Shown here piece by piece: positions 19,792 through 29,577 of a stretch of DNA of 64,000 bases. Source of the DNA: an uncultured Veillonellaceae bacterium (GTDB lineage Bacteria; Bacillota; Negativicutes; JARBTT01); NCBI GenBank assembly GCA_963805085.1, contig CAWDTA010000004.1, positions 384,001 to 448,000 of the forward strand. Reading direction: 5' to 3'. Made by a program: the position numbers and the translations under genes. Each line of letters starts with the position of its first letter. The first letter of the stretch is position 1. The notes below the pieces were generated by a model that was given only the letters and a program-made list of their open reading frames with translations, had not been told where the DNA came from and did no database searches.

Positions 19792-20438
19792 TATTTCACC
19801 TGCTCCTTAACCATTCTTTGAAATCTAATCGCTTGCTGAAAAGCTTGTGCCGCCTGCTCTACATTTTCTTCTCCAGTAATGGCACCACCAACAATAAAAA
19901 GTTCCGGTTGATAAATTTTAGCTAGTTTTGGCAAAGTAGCTAACGTGACACCACCTGCAATGGCAAGGCGATAACCATTCCATTTAAGCATTGTCGTTCT
20001 TAACTGAGAACCACGTTCTTCTTGCTCGTCTTTGCTGGTATGCAGACAAAGAATCGTTTTCGGAAACATTGTCCTCAACTTTTTCTGATCTTCCTCATTT
20101 GTATTTAGCAGATCGATAATCACTTGTTTTCCTGCTTTTTTTGCTTCTTCTTGCACCATAAGTAACGTAGGCGTTGGCGCTGCCCCCATTACCGTTATCA
20201 CATCCGCTCCAGCCTGAAAAGCAAGCTGACATTCATAGCAAGCATTGTCGCTTATTTTCATATCTGCCAATAAGGTATGATCGGGAAACGCCCTACGTAA
20301 CTTTCGTACACTCTCCATGCCAAACTCTTTAATTAAGGACGTTCCCACTTCAATCCACTCTACATACAAAGCCGCTTTTCCCGCTAACTCAATTGCTGAT
20401 TCTATTGATACTCGATCCAAAGCCAATTGCAGTTTCAA
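19791..20438 (-). CDS. hxlA: 3-hexulose-6-phosphate synthase
   Basis: MKLQLALD, IEVGTSLIKEFG, ADMKISD, IAGG, IVGGAIT; overlaps the hxlB start. Confidence 0.88.
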   Translation of the reverse strand: MKLQLALDRVSIESAIELAGKAALYVEWIEVGTSLIKEFGMESVRKLRRAFPDHTLLADMKISDNACYECQLAFQAGADVITVMGAAPTPTLLMVQEEAKKAGKQVIIDLLNTNEEDQKKLRTMFPKTILCLHTSKDEQEERGSQLRTTMLKWNGYRLAIAGGVTLATLPKLAKIYQPELFIVGGAITGEENVEQAAQAFQQAIRFQRMVKEQVK

Positions 20439-20655
20439 TCAACGTCACCCTTTCGCATTGAACTATACTTAGCATCTTTTTTGGATTATCAAGTGATAAC
20501 TCAAAAATATACTTTACAAATTTTTATCTTTAACTAAATAGTTTCACTAAACTTACACTTCACCATAAAAAATAAACTTCCTGCCAAATTCATACAGCAT
20601 CCACAAAAACTTTTATCGCTGATTCTAAATCGAAACATCTACCATAAAAACACAA

Positions 20656-20696
20656 AACACTTGCAAAAATTCTCAATAGAATTCTCGCAAGCGTTT
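20656..20696. terminator. probable terminator of the GT39/isochorismatase unit
   Basis: AAACACTTGCAAAAATTCT / AGAATTCTCGCAAGCGTTT imperfect inverted repeat. Confidence 0.55.
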
Positions 20697-20722
20697 ATTA
20701 CATGCTTTACATTCTCTTATCA

Positions 20723-21400
20723 CTAGAAACTTATTAAATTGACCTTCGTCAAGATCACCCAGTTTCTTGTTCCTGGGGCATTAAGCATATGCCAAGCTGT
20801 ATACTGTTCCGCATAAAGATTGTCAGCCGAAATGCCTTCAATAGGGATAACAACCCGATAACCTCGAAGAATAGCACTAGTAGCCGTATTAAGAACGGCA
20901 CCATTCGCAGCAGTACCAGTAATAATAACTGTTTTTATGCTGTGCTCATGCAGGATTTTATCTAAATCAGTGTTGTAGAACTTATCAACACTAGCTGCTA
21001 CGATAGGATCGTCAATGGCAGGTGCAAGTTCCGGTACAATATCAGATAGTTTTCCTGTTGATAACAAGCTATAGACAACCAAGATGTCTTCTGCCCGCGC
21101 CTTACTTAATAACTGATTGATTTTAGGAATGGATGCTATACTACGAGGGCTTTTGCACAAAGCAGTTTGCATATCTAAAATTAACAGTGCAGTTTTTTTA
21201 TCAGCGCTGACTGACTTTAACTTCGGCACTGGAGGAGGAACAATCGTTTCCCATTCTTCCACAATTGTTTGACCAACCGTTGCTTCATCGTAATTTTCTG
21301 AAGCATGCTCTTTTGGCAACCTATTCGCACATCCTACTAAGAACATCGTTACTAGCAAACCGATAACCAGTATCTTAAATTTTTTCCAATGACGTTTCAC
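20723..21400 (-). CDS. isochorismatase-like (cysteine hydrolase fold) lipoprotein
   Basis: GTG start after AGGAGG; signal peptide with lipobox LVGC; TALLILDMQ, FYNTDL, TVIITG. Confidence 0.8.
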   Translation of the reverse strand: MKRHWKKFKILVIGLLVTMFLVGCANRLPKEHASENYDEATVGQTIVEEWETIVPPPVPKLKSVSADKKTALLILDMQTALCKSPRSIASIPKINQLLSKARAEDILVVYSLLSTGKLSDIVPELAPAIDDPIVAASVDKFYNTDLDKILHEHSIKTVIITGTAANGAVLNTATSAILRGYRVVIPIEGISADNLYAEQYTAWHMLNAPGTRNWVILTKVNLISF

Positions 21401-21465
21401 CCTATTACCTCCTAACGTCATTCCATTGATGCTTAACATCAAAAACGCAGCAAGCTTTTTTCACT

Positions 21466-23430
21466 TTAGAGATAACATGCATATAATTTCATTGACACCC
21501 TAGAATTTTTTCCCCCATTCGGTGCAGTGTTTTCCTGCTCTGATTTTTTCTGCCATTCGGACTCCGGCACAAGTGTCCCATGAGCATTTACCCACTCATC
21601 AATATCAGGTTGTTGGTTATTAGTTGAACCAACCAAAATATAACGAACCTGCCCACTACTCACCAATTCTTCTAGACTTCTGGCATTCAATATCTTCTCC
21701 GACCCCATAAATCCACCGTAAGTAATGACCGGCTCTCCAGTACCAATTATGATTGGCGATGCCACGTGCGCGTTCGGTACGGCAACGATATATTTTTCTC
21801 CATTTCTATGAGACATCAAGAAATCTTCTAGCTTAGCCGTATCGACTGTAAACCTGTTAGATAAATTAAAAATGCCCCCCGGTGCATTCGATTGTCCCAA
21901 CTGCGTATTTAAATCTGGACCCGCAAACGGAAAAGCTGCATTTCCAGAACCATATAATGCCGGTGTAATTGACCACGTAAAAGGGGCAATTACTAGAATA
22001 AGAAATGCCAGACCATAAGGCACATACTGGTACTTTTTTCGCTCGCCCTGACCTCTTATCGCTTGCCAAACCAACAAGATGGCTCCTAAAACACCTGCTC
22101 CTATAACCAGTGGTAACATCCAGGAACGCCATTCATTATATCCTGCAATAATTGTTGCTTGAACTGCGACATTCACAAACATCGCACCAGCTAAAAGATA
22201 GCGTATCCTTCCTGCACCTTTAGACCAGTTCACTAACGTAACATAACTAATTCCAACTAAGGCAGCTATTGAAGGCGCCATCATGACCAAATAATATCGA
22301 TGCGTTCCTTGCGCAATACTAAAGAAAATCATTTCTGGGATAAGCCAGCACCCCCAGAAAAATAAGTTTATTTTGTTTTGTTTCGATAACATTTTCAATT
22401 TAACTTGATATAGCGCAGCAAACACTCCAATTAGTGCAAATGGTAATAACCAGCTGATCTGCCCACCTAATTGATGATTAAAGAGTCTGATCGGACTGGG
22501 CAAACCAATTTCTCCTCCTAGTTTTCTTGCATTGTTGGTAGCCCCAGGTGTTAAATTATTTACATTAGCGCCCGAAAACGTATTATTCTGGGACTGGGGA
22601 TTGATTGGTTGTCTCGTCTGTCCTTGTCTGCCTGGTCTTTGGACTCCATACCCTAGAAAATGGCCAAGGCCGTTATATCCAGTTGCCAGTTCAAGCTCCG
22701 AGTTATTTTCACTACTACCGACATAAGGTCGCTCTTCTGACGGAACACTGTCCACGGCTAAGTACCATGGCAGGGAACTAGCTATCAAAATTAATGTAGC
22801 CGCCGAAAGATGGACTACTTTCATTTTTAGTCTCCTATTTGGAACAAGCAGATATGTAATATAAAAAGTTGGCAAAATTAAAAATGCCTCAAGGCTTTTT
22901 ATATTAAAACCAACCCCAATCAGAAAAAAAACAAATAATAGTTTTTTAAAGTTTGATTCTTCAATTGCTTTCAAAAACACCAATGCTGCCAATAATACTA
23001 CCGTTACGAGCAGGGTATCTATCGTATTATTACGACTGGCAGCAACAAAAATTGGAGTAATTGCTAATACAAGAGCCGAGATTAGTCCCGCCCATTCTCC
23101 ATAATATCGTCTAACAAGAACATAAATTAAATATACAGATATTACACCACCCAATGCCTGTGGAAGAATAATACTCCATCCCTGAAAGCCGAAAATTTTT
23201 GCACTTAGCGTCTGCAACCAAAATCCAAGTGGTGGCTTATCGATTGTAATAAATCCACCTGGATCAAACGAGACAAAGAAAAAGTTATGCCAATTCATCA
23301 GCATGCTTTTGACCCCTGCAGCATAATAAAGGTTGGCTAATCCTTCCTGTCCTAACCTAATAAAATTCAATAAAAAAGATAATATCAATATAAATACTAT
23401 TCCCAATCGTTGCAAATTTTTTTCCCCCAT
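21466..23430 (-). CDS. GT39/ArnT-PMT family membrane glycosyltransferase (YkcB-like)
   Basis: YYAAGVKSM, FITIDKPPLG, RNNTID, GFNIK, RPYVGSS, H.YY, GGFMG. Confidence 0.88.
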   Translation of the reverse strand: MGEKNLQRLGIVFILILSFLLNFIRLGQEGLANLYYAAGVKSMLMNWHNFFFVSFDPGGFITIDKPPLGFWLQTLSAKIFGFQGWSIILPQALGGVISVYLIYVLVRRYYGEWAGLISALVLAITPIFVAASRNNTIDTLLVTVVLLAALVFLKAIEESNFKKLLFVFFLIGVGFNIKSLEAFLILPTFYITYLLVPNRRLKMKVVHLSAATLILIASSLPWYLAVDSVPSEERPYVGSSENNSELELATGYNGLGHFLGYGVQRPGRQGQTRQPINPQSQNNTFSGANVNNLTPGATNNARKLGGEIGLPSPIRLFNHQLGGQISWLLPFALIGVFAALYQVKLKMLSKQNKINLFFWGCWLIPEMIFFSIAQGTHRYYLVMMAPSIAALVGISYVTLVNWSKGAGRIRYLLAGAMFVNVAVQATIIAGYNEWRSWMLPLVIGAGVLGAILLVWQAIRGQGERKKYQYVPYGLAFLILVIAPFTWSITPALYGSGNAAFPFAGPDLNTQLGQSNAPGGIFNLSNRFTVDTAKLEDFLMSHRNGEKYIVAVPNAHVASPIIIGTGEPVITYGGFMGSEKILNARSLEELVSSGQVRYILVGSTNNQQPDIDEWVNAHGTLVPESEWQKKSEQENTAPNGGKNSRVSMKLYACYL

Positions 23431-23568
23431 TTGAATATTTACAGCCCGTACAAATTGAATGTTTACTTCAAGTATTTTGCATGTATACTATCCTTCTAAA
23501 AATAGTATAACAGACGATATATCTATTTATTCGTAAAAGTCTTTGGCTTTTTATTGCTTCTACCTTTC

Positions 23569-23600
23569 AATATACACCTCAAATATGACAAGATTATGAA
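23569..23600 (-). promoter_or_regulatory. OmpR-family direct repeat and -10 upstream of the GT39 gene
   Basis: Minus strand TTCATA-N5-GTCATA followed by TATATT. Confidence 0.4.
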
Positions 23601-23620
23601 ATTTTTATTGATTGTAATAA

Positions 23621-23660
23621 AAAGAAGAACTGACTACATTTTTGCTAGTCAGTTCTTTCT
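23621..23660. repeat. dispersed palindrome/terminator family, copy 3
   Basis: AAGAACTGACTACATTTTTGCTAGTCAGTTCTT. Confidence 0.7.
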
Positions 23661-23753
23661 CTATTTAAATCATATAAACATACCTATTCTATCTATGACC
23701 GTCATACAAAACATCCTACCGATCGATTCACCAACAGGATGCTTTATATTTCA

Positions 23754-25757
23754 TTACATTCTAAATTGATGTACAGCTTTTTGTAGTTCTTCAGCCATTT
23801 TTGCCAAGGCATTACTAGATGCCACAATCTCTTCCATCGAGGCAGATTGTTCTTCTGTCGCAGCCGAAACGGTCTGTGTATGAGCTGCTGTCACCTTGCT
23901 TATACTGTCAATTTCTTGCATAGACGATACAATTTGTTGGCTACCATTCGCCATTTCTTGAATCGCGCTTGAAATTTCCCCAACCTGACTAGATACTTGA
24001 CCTACCAGTGTTGTTATTTCGTTAAAGGAACGACCTGCCGTATTAACAACTTCTGTTCCAATTTTAACCTCACGTGTTCCTTCATCCATTGCAATTACTG
24101 CTTTGTCTGTCTCCCCTTGGATTTCTCCAATAAGTAATGCAATTTGCTTAGCTGCATTTTCAGACTGCTCGGCTAGTTTACGAACCTCTTCTGCTACGAC
24201 CGCAAAACCACGCCCTTGTTCACCGGCACGTGCTGCTTCTATGGCTGCATTTAAGGCAAGTAAGTTTGTTTGCCCTGCTATGCCGGATATCGTATCAATG
24301 ATTTGTCCGATTTCCTTTGATCGTTCGCCAAGTTTCATCACTACATTTGCAGAGTTGGTCACTGTTTTTTCTACATTTCCAATCTGCTGAATAGCTTGCG
24401 CTACTAATTTGCCACCTTCTTGCGCCGCACTAGCAGTCTTATCCGAAGTACGAGCTACCTCTTTGGAGTTCATTGCTATTTGTCCAATACCAGTCGATAT
24501 ATGTTCCACTACTTCGGTTGCACCATGGACTGATTTGACTTGTTTCTCACTTCCATTTGCAACTTCTGTAATGCTTTCAGCAACTTGTCCAGCGGCTAAA
24601 GCCGATTGCTCTGCACTCGCAGTTAACTGCTCAGATGATGCCGCCACCTGCTCAGCTGAATGAGCTACACGACTGATAAGTCCACGCAGACTTTCCAGCA
24701 TCGTATTGAAAGCCGCTGCCAACTTACCAATTTCATCGCGACTTTCAATGGTAAGCGGTGATACACCGAGATTTCCACCTGCCACTTCGCGGAATTTAAC
24801 CAGTAACAACTGGATTGGCTTCAACATCCGACGTGTAAAAAATATTACGCCAGCAAGCACTAACAAGAGTGCAACAGCTGAAACGCCAAGGGTTTGATAA
24901 ATAATTTGATTGGTAACCCCTTCTATGATCGAATTTTGTTTTCCGGTAAATACAATTCCAATAGGTTTTCCGGTTGCTCCTATTAATGGTCCATAGGCAA
25001 CAGTATAGTCATTACCTGCAATCTTATTTGATCCGATATACTTCTTCCCTTCAGTAAGTACTTTCTGGATAATCTCTTGATTTTCAAGAAGCGTACCGAC
25101 CATTCGTTTTCCTTCTGTATTCTCAATTGTGGTTGCTACACGTTCGTTCTGCAAAAACAAAGTAAACTCAGAACCAAACATCTTTTTGGCACTATCCACA
25201 ATCTCATTTTGACTGATCACATATCCCGTTGAAATAACACCAACCAAAGCACCTGTTTCATCATAGAGTGGTGCTCCAGCGCGAACCGAAAGCTTAACCA
25301 CTTTTCCTTCCTCAATACCAACAAAAGATTTTCCATTGATCGCCTGTGCTACATTCATCTGGTTGGCTATACTATCATCAGCTTTAGGGATTTTCCCAGG
25401 TTCATGCGTCCGAATGATAGCAAAACCTTTTGGGTCAGTAATGACCATATAATCAAGTTTACCCTCTTTCATTATCGGAGTTGTCAGGGCAAACAGCGCC
25501 TGTGTATCACGCCTTTTAGCAGCATCAATAATTTGCGAATTCTTCGCAAGCACATTTACATGCGCTTGTGCATTCGTTTTATACATGTCAAGCATTTGCA
25601 ACATTCCTTGATATTGCTCCTCCGCAGATTGCCGAGCATCTTGATTCAAGTAGTTTCTTGTTGTGTATATCGAAAATCCGGCGATTAGGAAAGACACAAG
25701 AACCAAGCTAACTGTAATTCCTAATATAATTCGAAACTGAAGACTATTTTTATTCAT
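23754..25757 (-). CDS. methyl-accepting chemotaxis protein with Cache-type sensor and HAMP
   Basis: Two TM segments, HAMP (DEIGKLAAAFN), signalling tip [37 protein letters not shown]. Confidence 0.95.
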   Translation of the reverse strand: MNKNSLQFRIILGITVSLVLVSFLIAGFSIYTTRNYLNQDARQSAEEQYQGMLQMLDMYKTNAQAHVNVLAKNSQIIDAAKRRDTQALFALTTPIMKEGKLDYMVITDPKGFAIIRTHEPGKIPKADDSIANQMNVAQAINGKSFVGIEEGKVVKLSVRAGAPLYDETGALVGVISTGYVISQNEIVDSAKKMFGSEFTLFLQNERVATTIENTEGKRMVGTLLENQEIIQKVLTEGKKYIGSNKIAGNDYTVAYGPLIGATGKPIGIVFTGKQNSIIEGVTNQIIYQTLGVSAVALLLVLAGVIFFTRRMLKPIQLLLVKFREVAGGNLGVSPLTIESRDEIGKLAAAFNTMLESLRGLISRVAHSAEQVAASSEQLTASAEQSALAAGQVAESITEVANGSEKQVKSVHGATEVVEHISTGIGQIAMNSKEVARTSDKTASAAQEGGKLVAQAIQQIGNVEKTVTNSANVVMKLGERSKEIGQIIDTISGIAGQTNLLALNAAIEAARAGEQGRGFAVVAEEVRKLAEQSENAAKQIALLIGEIQGETDKAVIAMDEGTREVKIGTEVVNTAGRSFNEITTLVGQVSSQVGEISSAIQEMANGSQQIVSSMQEIDSISKVTAAHTQTVSAATEEQSASMEEIVASSNALAKMAEELQKAVHQFRM

Positions 25758-25877
25758 ATGTAAAGGCTCCTCTCTAGTAAAAAACATGTATTTTTTCCTA
25801 TTATTGAAATTTATAAACTAATCTGAACAAATCTATAATATTTATTATATACTAGCAAGTAAAAAAGGAAAAGTACT

Positions 25878-25904
25878 ATATCGACTCACTTTGACATAGT
25901 ATAA
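25878..25904 (-). promoter_or_regulatory. sigma-D (FliA)-like promoter for the MCP
   Basis: TTAT-15bp-GTCGATAT versus consensus TAAA-N15-GCCGATAT. Confidence 0.5.
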
Positions 25905-25916
25905 TCCTTCACACAC

Positions 25917-25953
25917 AACAAATGGACTAACATTTTTTGCTAGTCCATTTGTT
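25917..25953. repeat. dispersed palindrome/terminator family, copy 4
   Basis: AACAAATGGACTAACATTTTTTGCTAGTCCATTTGTT. Confidence 0.65.
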
Positions 25954-26118
25954 ATCTCTATATAATGAAACCAAGACACTAAATTCTGTCTTTATAAAAA
26001 ATAAAGATGCTAAATCCATATGTATTCCTTCTTAAAACATAATTATAATATTTGTTTTTATTCATTTTAAAACCGCATTTTTCAAATACAGCTACCACTT
26101 TCTTGGTTGAAAGAAAAT

Positions 26119-27345
26119 CTAAAGTTCCCCTGTTAGAATAACTGATACGGCTTGTCCTTTTACCAAAGGCTCCGTTCCCGCTGGAATATCAATGAGCGCA
26201 TTGCAGCCAATCATTGATTTTAGTGCCCCATTGCTTTGACTGTCTGCCAATGTAACAGAATTACCAGCATAATCAATCTTAAATATACCCCGTAAAAATC
26301 TGCGTTGCGGGCTATTTTTTTTAAAATCATTCATCAAAACTGCTTTCGTTGTTGTTGAAAAACACTCTTTTAATCCCATTAATCTTTTTATCAAAGGAAT
26401 CGCGATTAATTGAAATGTCACCGTTGCTGCCGCTGAGTTTCCTGACAAAGCAATAATAAACTTATCTTGTTTCTTTGCCACAATAATTGGTGAACCAGGT
26501 TTCAATTTTACCCTTTTAAAAATAATACCAGCATTAATTTCTAGTATTGCATCGGGAACAAGATCATAATCGCCTACAGATACACCACCTGTAGTTATTA
26601 CTATATCAGAAATTTCTAATGCTGCTAATAGTTTATTAACAATTTTTTCTTTATCATCAGGCACTATCCCCATCATGATCGGATTGGTTGCTAAATTTAG
26701 ACAAGCTGCTCTTAAACCGTGCAAATTGCTATTGTATATCTTTCCTACTGGTAATTGTTCTGAAGGCTCTACCAGTTCATCACCGGTACTTAAAATGGCA
26801 ATATCCACTTTCTTATAAACTGGCACCATAGCTATCCCGACTGCCGCTAGTGCACCAACCAATGCCGGAGTTATGACATCGCCAGAATTTGCAATGACTT
26901 CATCAACAGCTACATCTTCACCAGCAAAAATGACATTGCTATCTTTTTTAAGCGGCTGAAAAACTCGGATAACGTCTCCGGTTCTTTCAATATCTTCATA
27001 CTTTATCACAATATCGGCACCCTTTGGCATCGGTGATCCTGTCATAAGTTTAATCGTTGTGCCTGTTACGACTTCACTTTTCGCCACATAACCTGCATGA
27101 ATTTCCTCAACTACCTTAATAATTGTAGGCTCAGCTGGAGTTGCCTGCTTGATATCCTCAGCTCTTAGTGCATACCCATCTAGTGGAGATTTACTAAACG
27201 GCGGCAATTGGTACGGTGCCTTTATGGGCTTAGACAAAACCCGTCCTACTGATTCTTCTAAACACACGGATTCTTCAAGTTCACTTGGTTTCGCTAACGC
27301 TAATAAAGTCTCTTGCGCCTCTTCTAATGAAATATTAGTTTTCAT
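26119..27345 (-). CDS. moeA: molybdopterin molybdotransferase
   Basis: PPFSKSPLDGYA, LSTGDEL, IYNSN, TTGGVSVGDYD, KPG, SQSNG. Confidence 0.92.
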   Translation of the reverse strand: MKTNISLEEAQETLLALAKPSELEESVCLEESVGRVLSKPIKAPYQLPPFSKSPLDGYALRAEDIKQATPAEPTIIKVVEEIHAGYVAKSEVVTGTTIKLMTGSPMPKGADIVIKYEDIERTGDVIRVFQPLKKDSNVIFAGEDVAVDEVIANSGDVITPALVGALAAVGIAMVPVYKKVDIAILSTGDELVEPSEQLPVGKIYNSNLHGLRAACLNLATNPIMMGIVPDDKEKIVNKLLAALEISDIVITTGGVSVGDYDLVPDAILEINAGIIFKRVKLKPGSPIIVAKKQDKFIIALSGNSAAATVTFQLIAIPLIKRLMGLKECFSTTTKAVLMNDFKKNSPQRRFLRGIFKIDYAGNSVTLADSQSNGALKSMIGCNALIDIPAGTEPLVKGQAVSVILTGEL

Positions 27346-27362
27346 GCTCTAATCCCTCCTAT

Positions 27363-28406
27363 TCACGCACCTGTGCCGAATGCACACATTGGATAATGGC
27401 ATTCTTCACACTCTAAGCACAAACCACCTAAGCCTAACTTAACCACCATTGGCCGGGTAATTTTTTGTCCTGTCAAAGCCAATGGCAAGAGTAAATCAAA
27501 CACCGTAGTTTTATGATACATTACACAACCTGGTAAACCTAAAATAGGAACTCTGCCAAGGTAGGCGACCATTAACATGGAGCCAGGTAAAACCGGCGCC
27601 CCATAGGTAACAATGTCAGCCCCTGATTTTTTTATTCCGCTCGGTGTCACATCATCTGGATCAACTGACATTCCACCTGTAGTTAAAATCAAATCCACCC
27701 CTTTTCCTATTAATGATTTCACTGCAGTTGCAATTTGCTCTACATCATCATCAACAATAGTATGCGCAATGACTTCACTGCCGAATTTTTCTACTTTAGC
27801 TTTTACCACCGGACCAAATTTATCTTCAATTCGTTTATGATACACTTCACTACCTGTTGTTATCACACCAACTTTACACTGGTGAAATGGCTTAATCTGA
27901 ACAACACATTTATCTTGTAACATTTGTTCAATTGCATTAATTTTTTCTTCATCGATAACCAGTGGAATCACTCTTACACCAGCAACAATATCACCCTTTT
28001 TTACAACACGCCGCTGATTGACCGTGGCAGCAACAATTTCTTCTATCATATTAACCTGAAATAAAAGCTCCTCATCAATCTGACATAAACCATCTTGTTC
28101 GGCAACGAGTGAGACTTTTCCTTCGTTTGGTTCAGTCAAACGAAGACTTGGTCCTACAATCGCTTTAGCCAACCTAATTCCAGCTTCATTTTCATGAATA
28201 AAGCCTTTTTTTAGTTCCCAAACGTAGAGATGTTCTTTGCCTAATTTTAAAAGTTCAGGAATATCCTTCTGCGTTACAATATGCCCTTTTTTAAAGGCTC
28301 TTCCTTTGAACTCACCAGGTACGATTTTCGTAATATCTTGGCATAAGATACTGCCAACAGCATCTTGTACGTTAATCAACTTCATTGTTGTAGTACTTCC
28401 CCTCAT
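27363..28406 (-). CDS. MoeA-like molybdopterin-binding protein
   Basis: ITTGSEV, TGGMSVDPDDVTP, YGAPVLPGSM, GLPGC, C-terminal CLECEECHYPMC. Confidence 0.85.
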   Translation of the reverse strand: MRGSTTTMKLINVQDAVGSILCQDITKIVPGEFKGRAFKKGHIVTQKDIPELLKLGKEHLYVWELKKGFIHENEAGIRLAKAIVGPSLRLTEPNEGKVSLVAEQDGLCQIDEELLFQVNMIEEIVAATVNQRRVVKKGDIVAGVRVIPLVIDEEKINAIEQMLQDKCVVQIKPFHQCKVGVITTGSEVYHKRIEDKFGPVVKAKVEKFGSEVIAHTIVDDDVEQIATAVKSLIGKGVDLILTTGGMSVDPDDVTPSGIKKSGADIVTYGAPVLPGSMLMVAYLGRVPILGLPGCVMYHKTTVFDLLLPLALTGQKITRPMVVKLGLGGLCLECEECHYPMCAFGTGA

Positions 28407-28422
28407 AGACTAACAAATGTCT

Positions 28423-28872
28423 TTACTTTTCTATTATAACTTCAATGCTATCACCAGATCTGATCCAACCCGACTCGAGTACTTCCGCAAAAATTCCTTC
28501 TTTAGGCATGATACAGTCACCGGTTTTTTGACGTATCGCACAACCTATATGACACTTTTTCCCGATTTGTGTAACTTTCATGATCGTTTCGCCAATTCTC
28601 ATTTTCGTACCAATCGGTAATTCGTACAATACAATTCCTTCTGTCGTAATATTTTCAGCAAAATCACCAGATTTTAATTCATCAAGCCCCATTGACCGCA
28701 TTTTATCAATACTTTCATTTCCCAACAAGCTTACCATTCTATGCCAATCACCCGCATGAGCATCGCCTTTCAAGCCACAATTTACTTCAAAATAGCCTTG
28801 TTCAATCGTTGTCTTAGGTACCCCTTTTAGTTCACTAATATTAATTGCTACTACTTTCGCCATGATATTCAC
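28423..28872 (-). CDS. MOSC domain protein
   Basis: GLKGDAHAG.WHR, GDFAENITT, TQIGKKCH.GC, DCIMPKEGIF. Confidence 0.9.
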   Translation of the reverse strand: MNIMAKVVAINISELKGVPKTTIEQGYFEVNCGLKGDAHAGDWHRMVSLLGNESIDKMRSMGLDELKSGDFAENITTEGIVLYELPIGTKMRIGETIMKVTQIGKKCHIGCAIRQKTGDCIMPKEGIFAEVLESGWIRSGDSIEVIIEK

Positions 28873-28892
28873 GCTCCCTTATGATAGATTTA

Positions 28893-29390
28893 TTAACCTT
28901 TCCCACATTCAACCGCTGATCCAGAAATAATACCGAGCGCATGATCTAGAACTGGCAAAATCGCTTCTAAGGATTCACGCACACCTTTAACACTCCCAGG
29001 CATGTTAATGATCAGTGTATTTTTTCTTATCCCAGCTACAGCTCTAGAAAGCATAGCTTTTGGTGTTTTAGCAAGTCCATAATAACGCATCGCTTCTGGT
29101 ATGCCTGGAATCACTCTATCAATCACTTCTAATGTCGCATCAGGAGTTACATCCCTTTTAGAAAATCCAGTTCCACCTGATGTAAGCAATAAATCTACAG
29201 CCACTTCATCACAAATATGACAGATTTCTTTCTTAATTAATTCTTTTTCATCAGGAATCAAATTGTAATAACTAACGCTATATTGCTCTCCAAGGCACTC
29301 ACGGATTTGTTTACCACTTAAATCTTCTCGCTCTCCTCTGGAGCCTTTATCACTTAAAATAAGAATGCCTACATTGTACATGCGTACCAT
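28893..29390 (-). CDS. mogA: molybdopterin adenylyltransferase (MogA/MoaB)
   Basis: LSDKG, TSGGTG...RDVTPDAT, AMLSR, INMPGS. Confidence 0.9.
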   Translation of the reverse strand: MVRMYNVGILILSDKGSRGEREDLSGKQIRECLGEQYSVSYYNLIPDEKELIKKEICHICDEVAVDLLLTSGGTGFSKRDVTPDATLEVIDRVIPGIPEAMRYYGLAKTPKAMLSRAVAGIRKNTLIINMPGSVKGVRESLEAILPVLDHALGIISGSAVECGKG

Positions 29391-29423
29391 CTCCTTACCT
29401 TTTTATTTAGTTACAAATTTTGG

Positions 29424-29472
29424 AAAAGAAAGCTTGTCCAGGACGCTCACTATGAGAATCCCGAACAAGCTT
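29424..29472 (-). terminator. terminator-like hairpin between fdnI and mogA
   Basis: AAGCTTGTTCGGGA...TCCTGGACAAGCTT followed by TCTTTTCC on the minus strand. Confidence 0.6.
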
Positions 29473-29577
29473 ATCAAAAAATCTTTAAGCCTATTTTATT
29501 ATACTACAATCTCAAATAATCGCGCTCAATATTACAATAGACGAGGCCATTCAATTTGAAAATTAAGTCCAATAAAA

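Noticed and set aside
14491-25953. CRISPR or integron attC interpretation of the repeated palindromes
   Set aside because: Copies are kilobases apart, with no spacers, cas genes, integrase or GTTRRRY core sites
29390-29577. Moco/Wco riboswitch upstream of mogA
   Set aside because: The conserved elements I expect (CUCCGAG, CUAAG, GGAAAGGAG) are absent; only a plain hairpin is present
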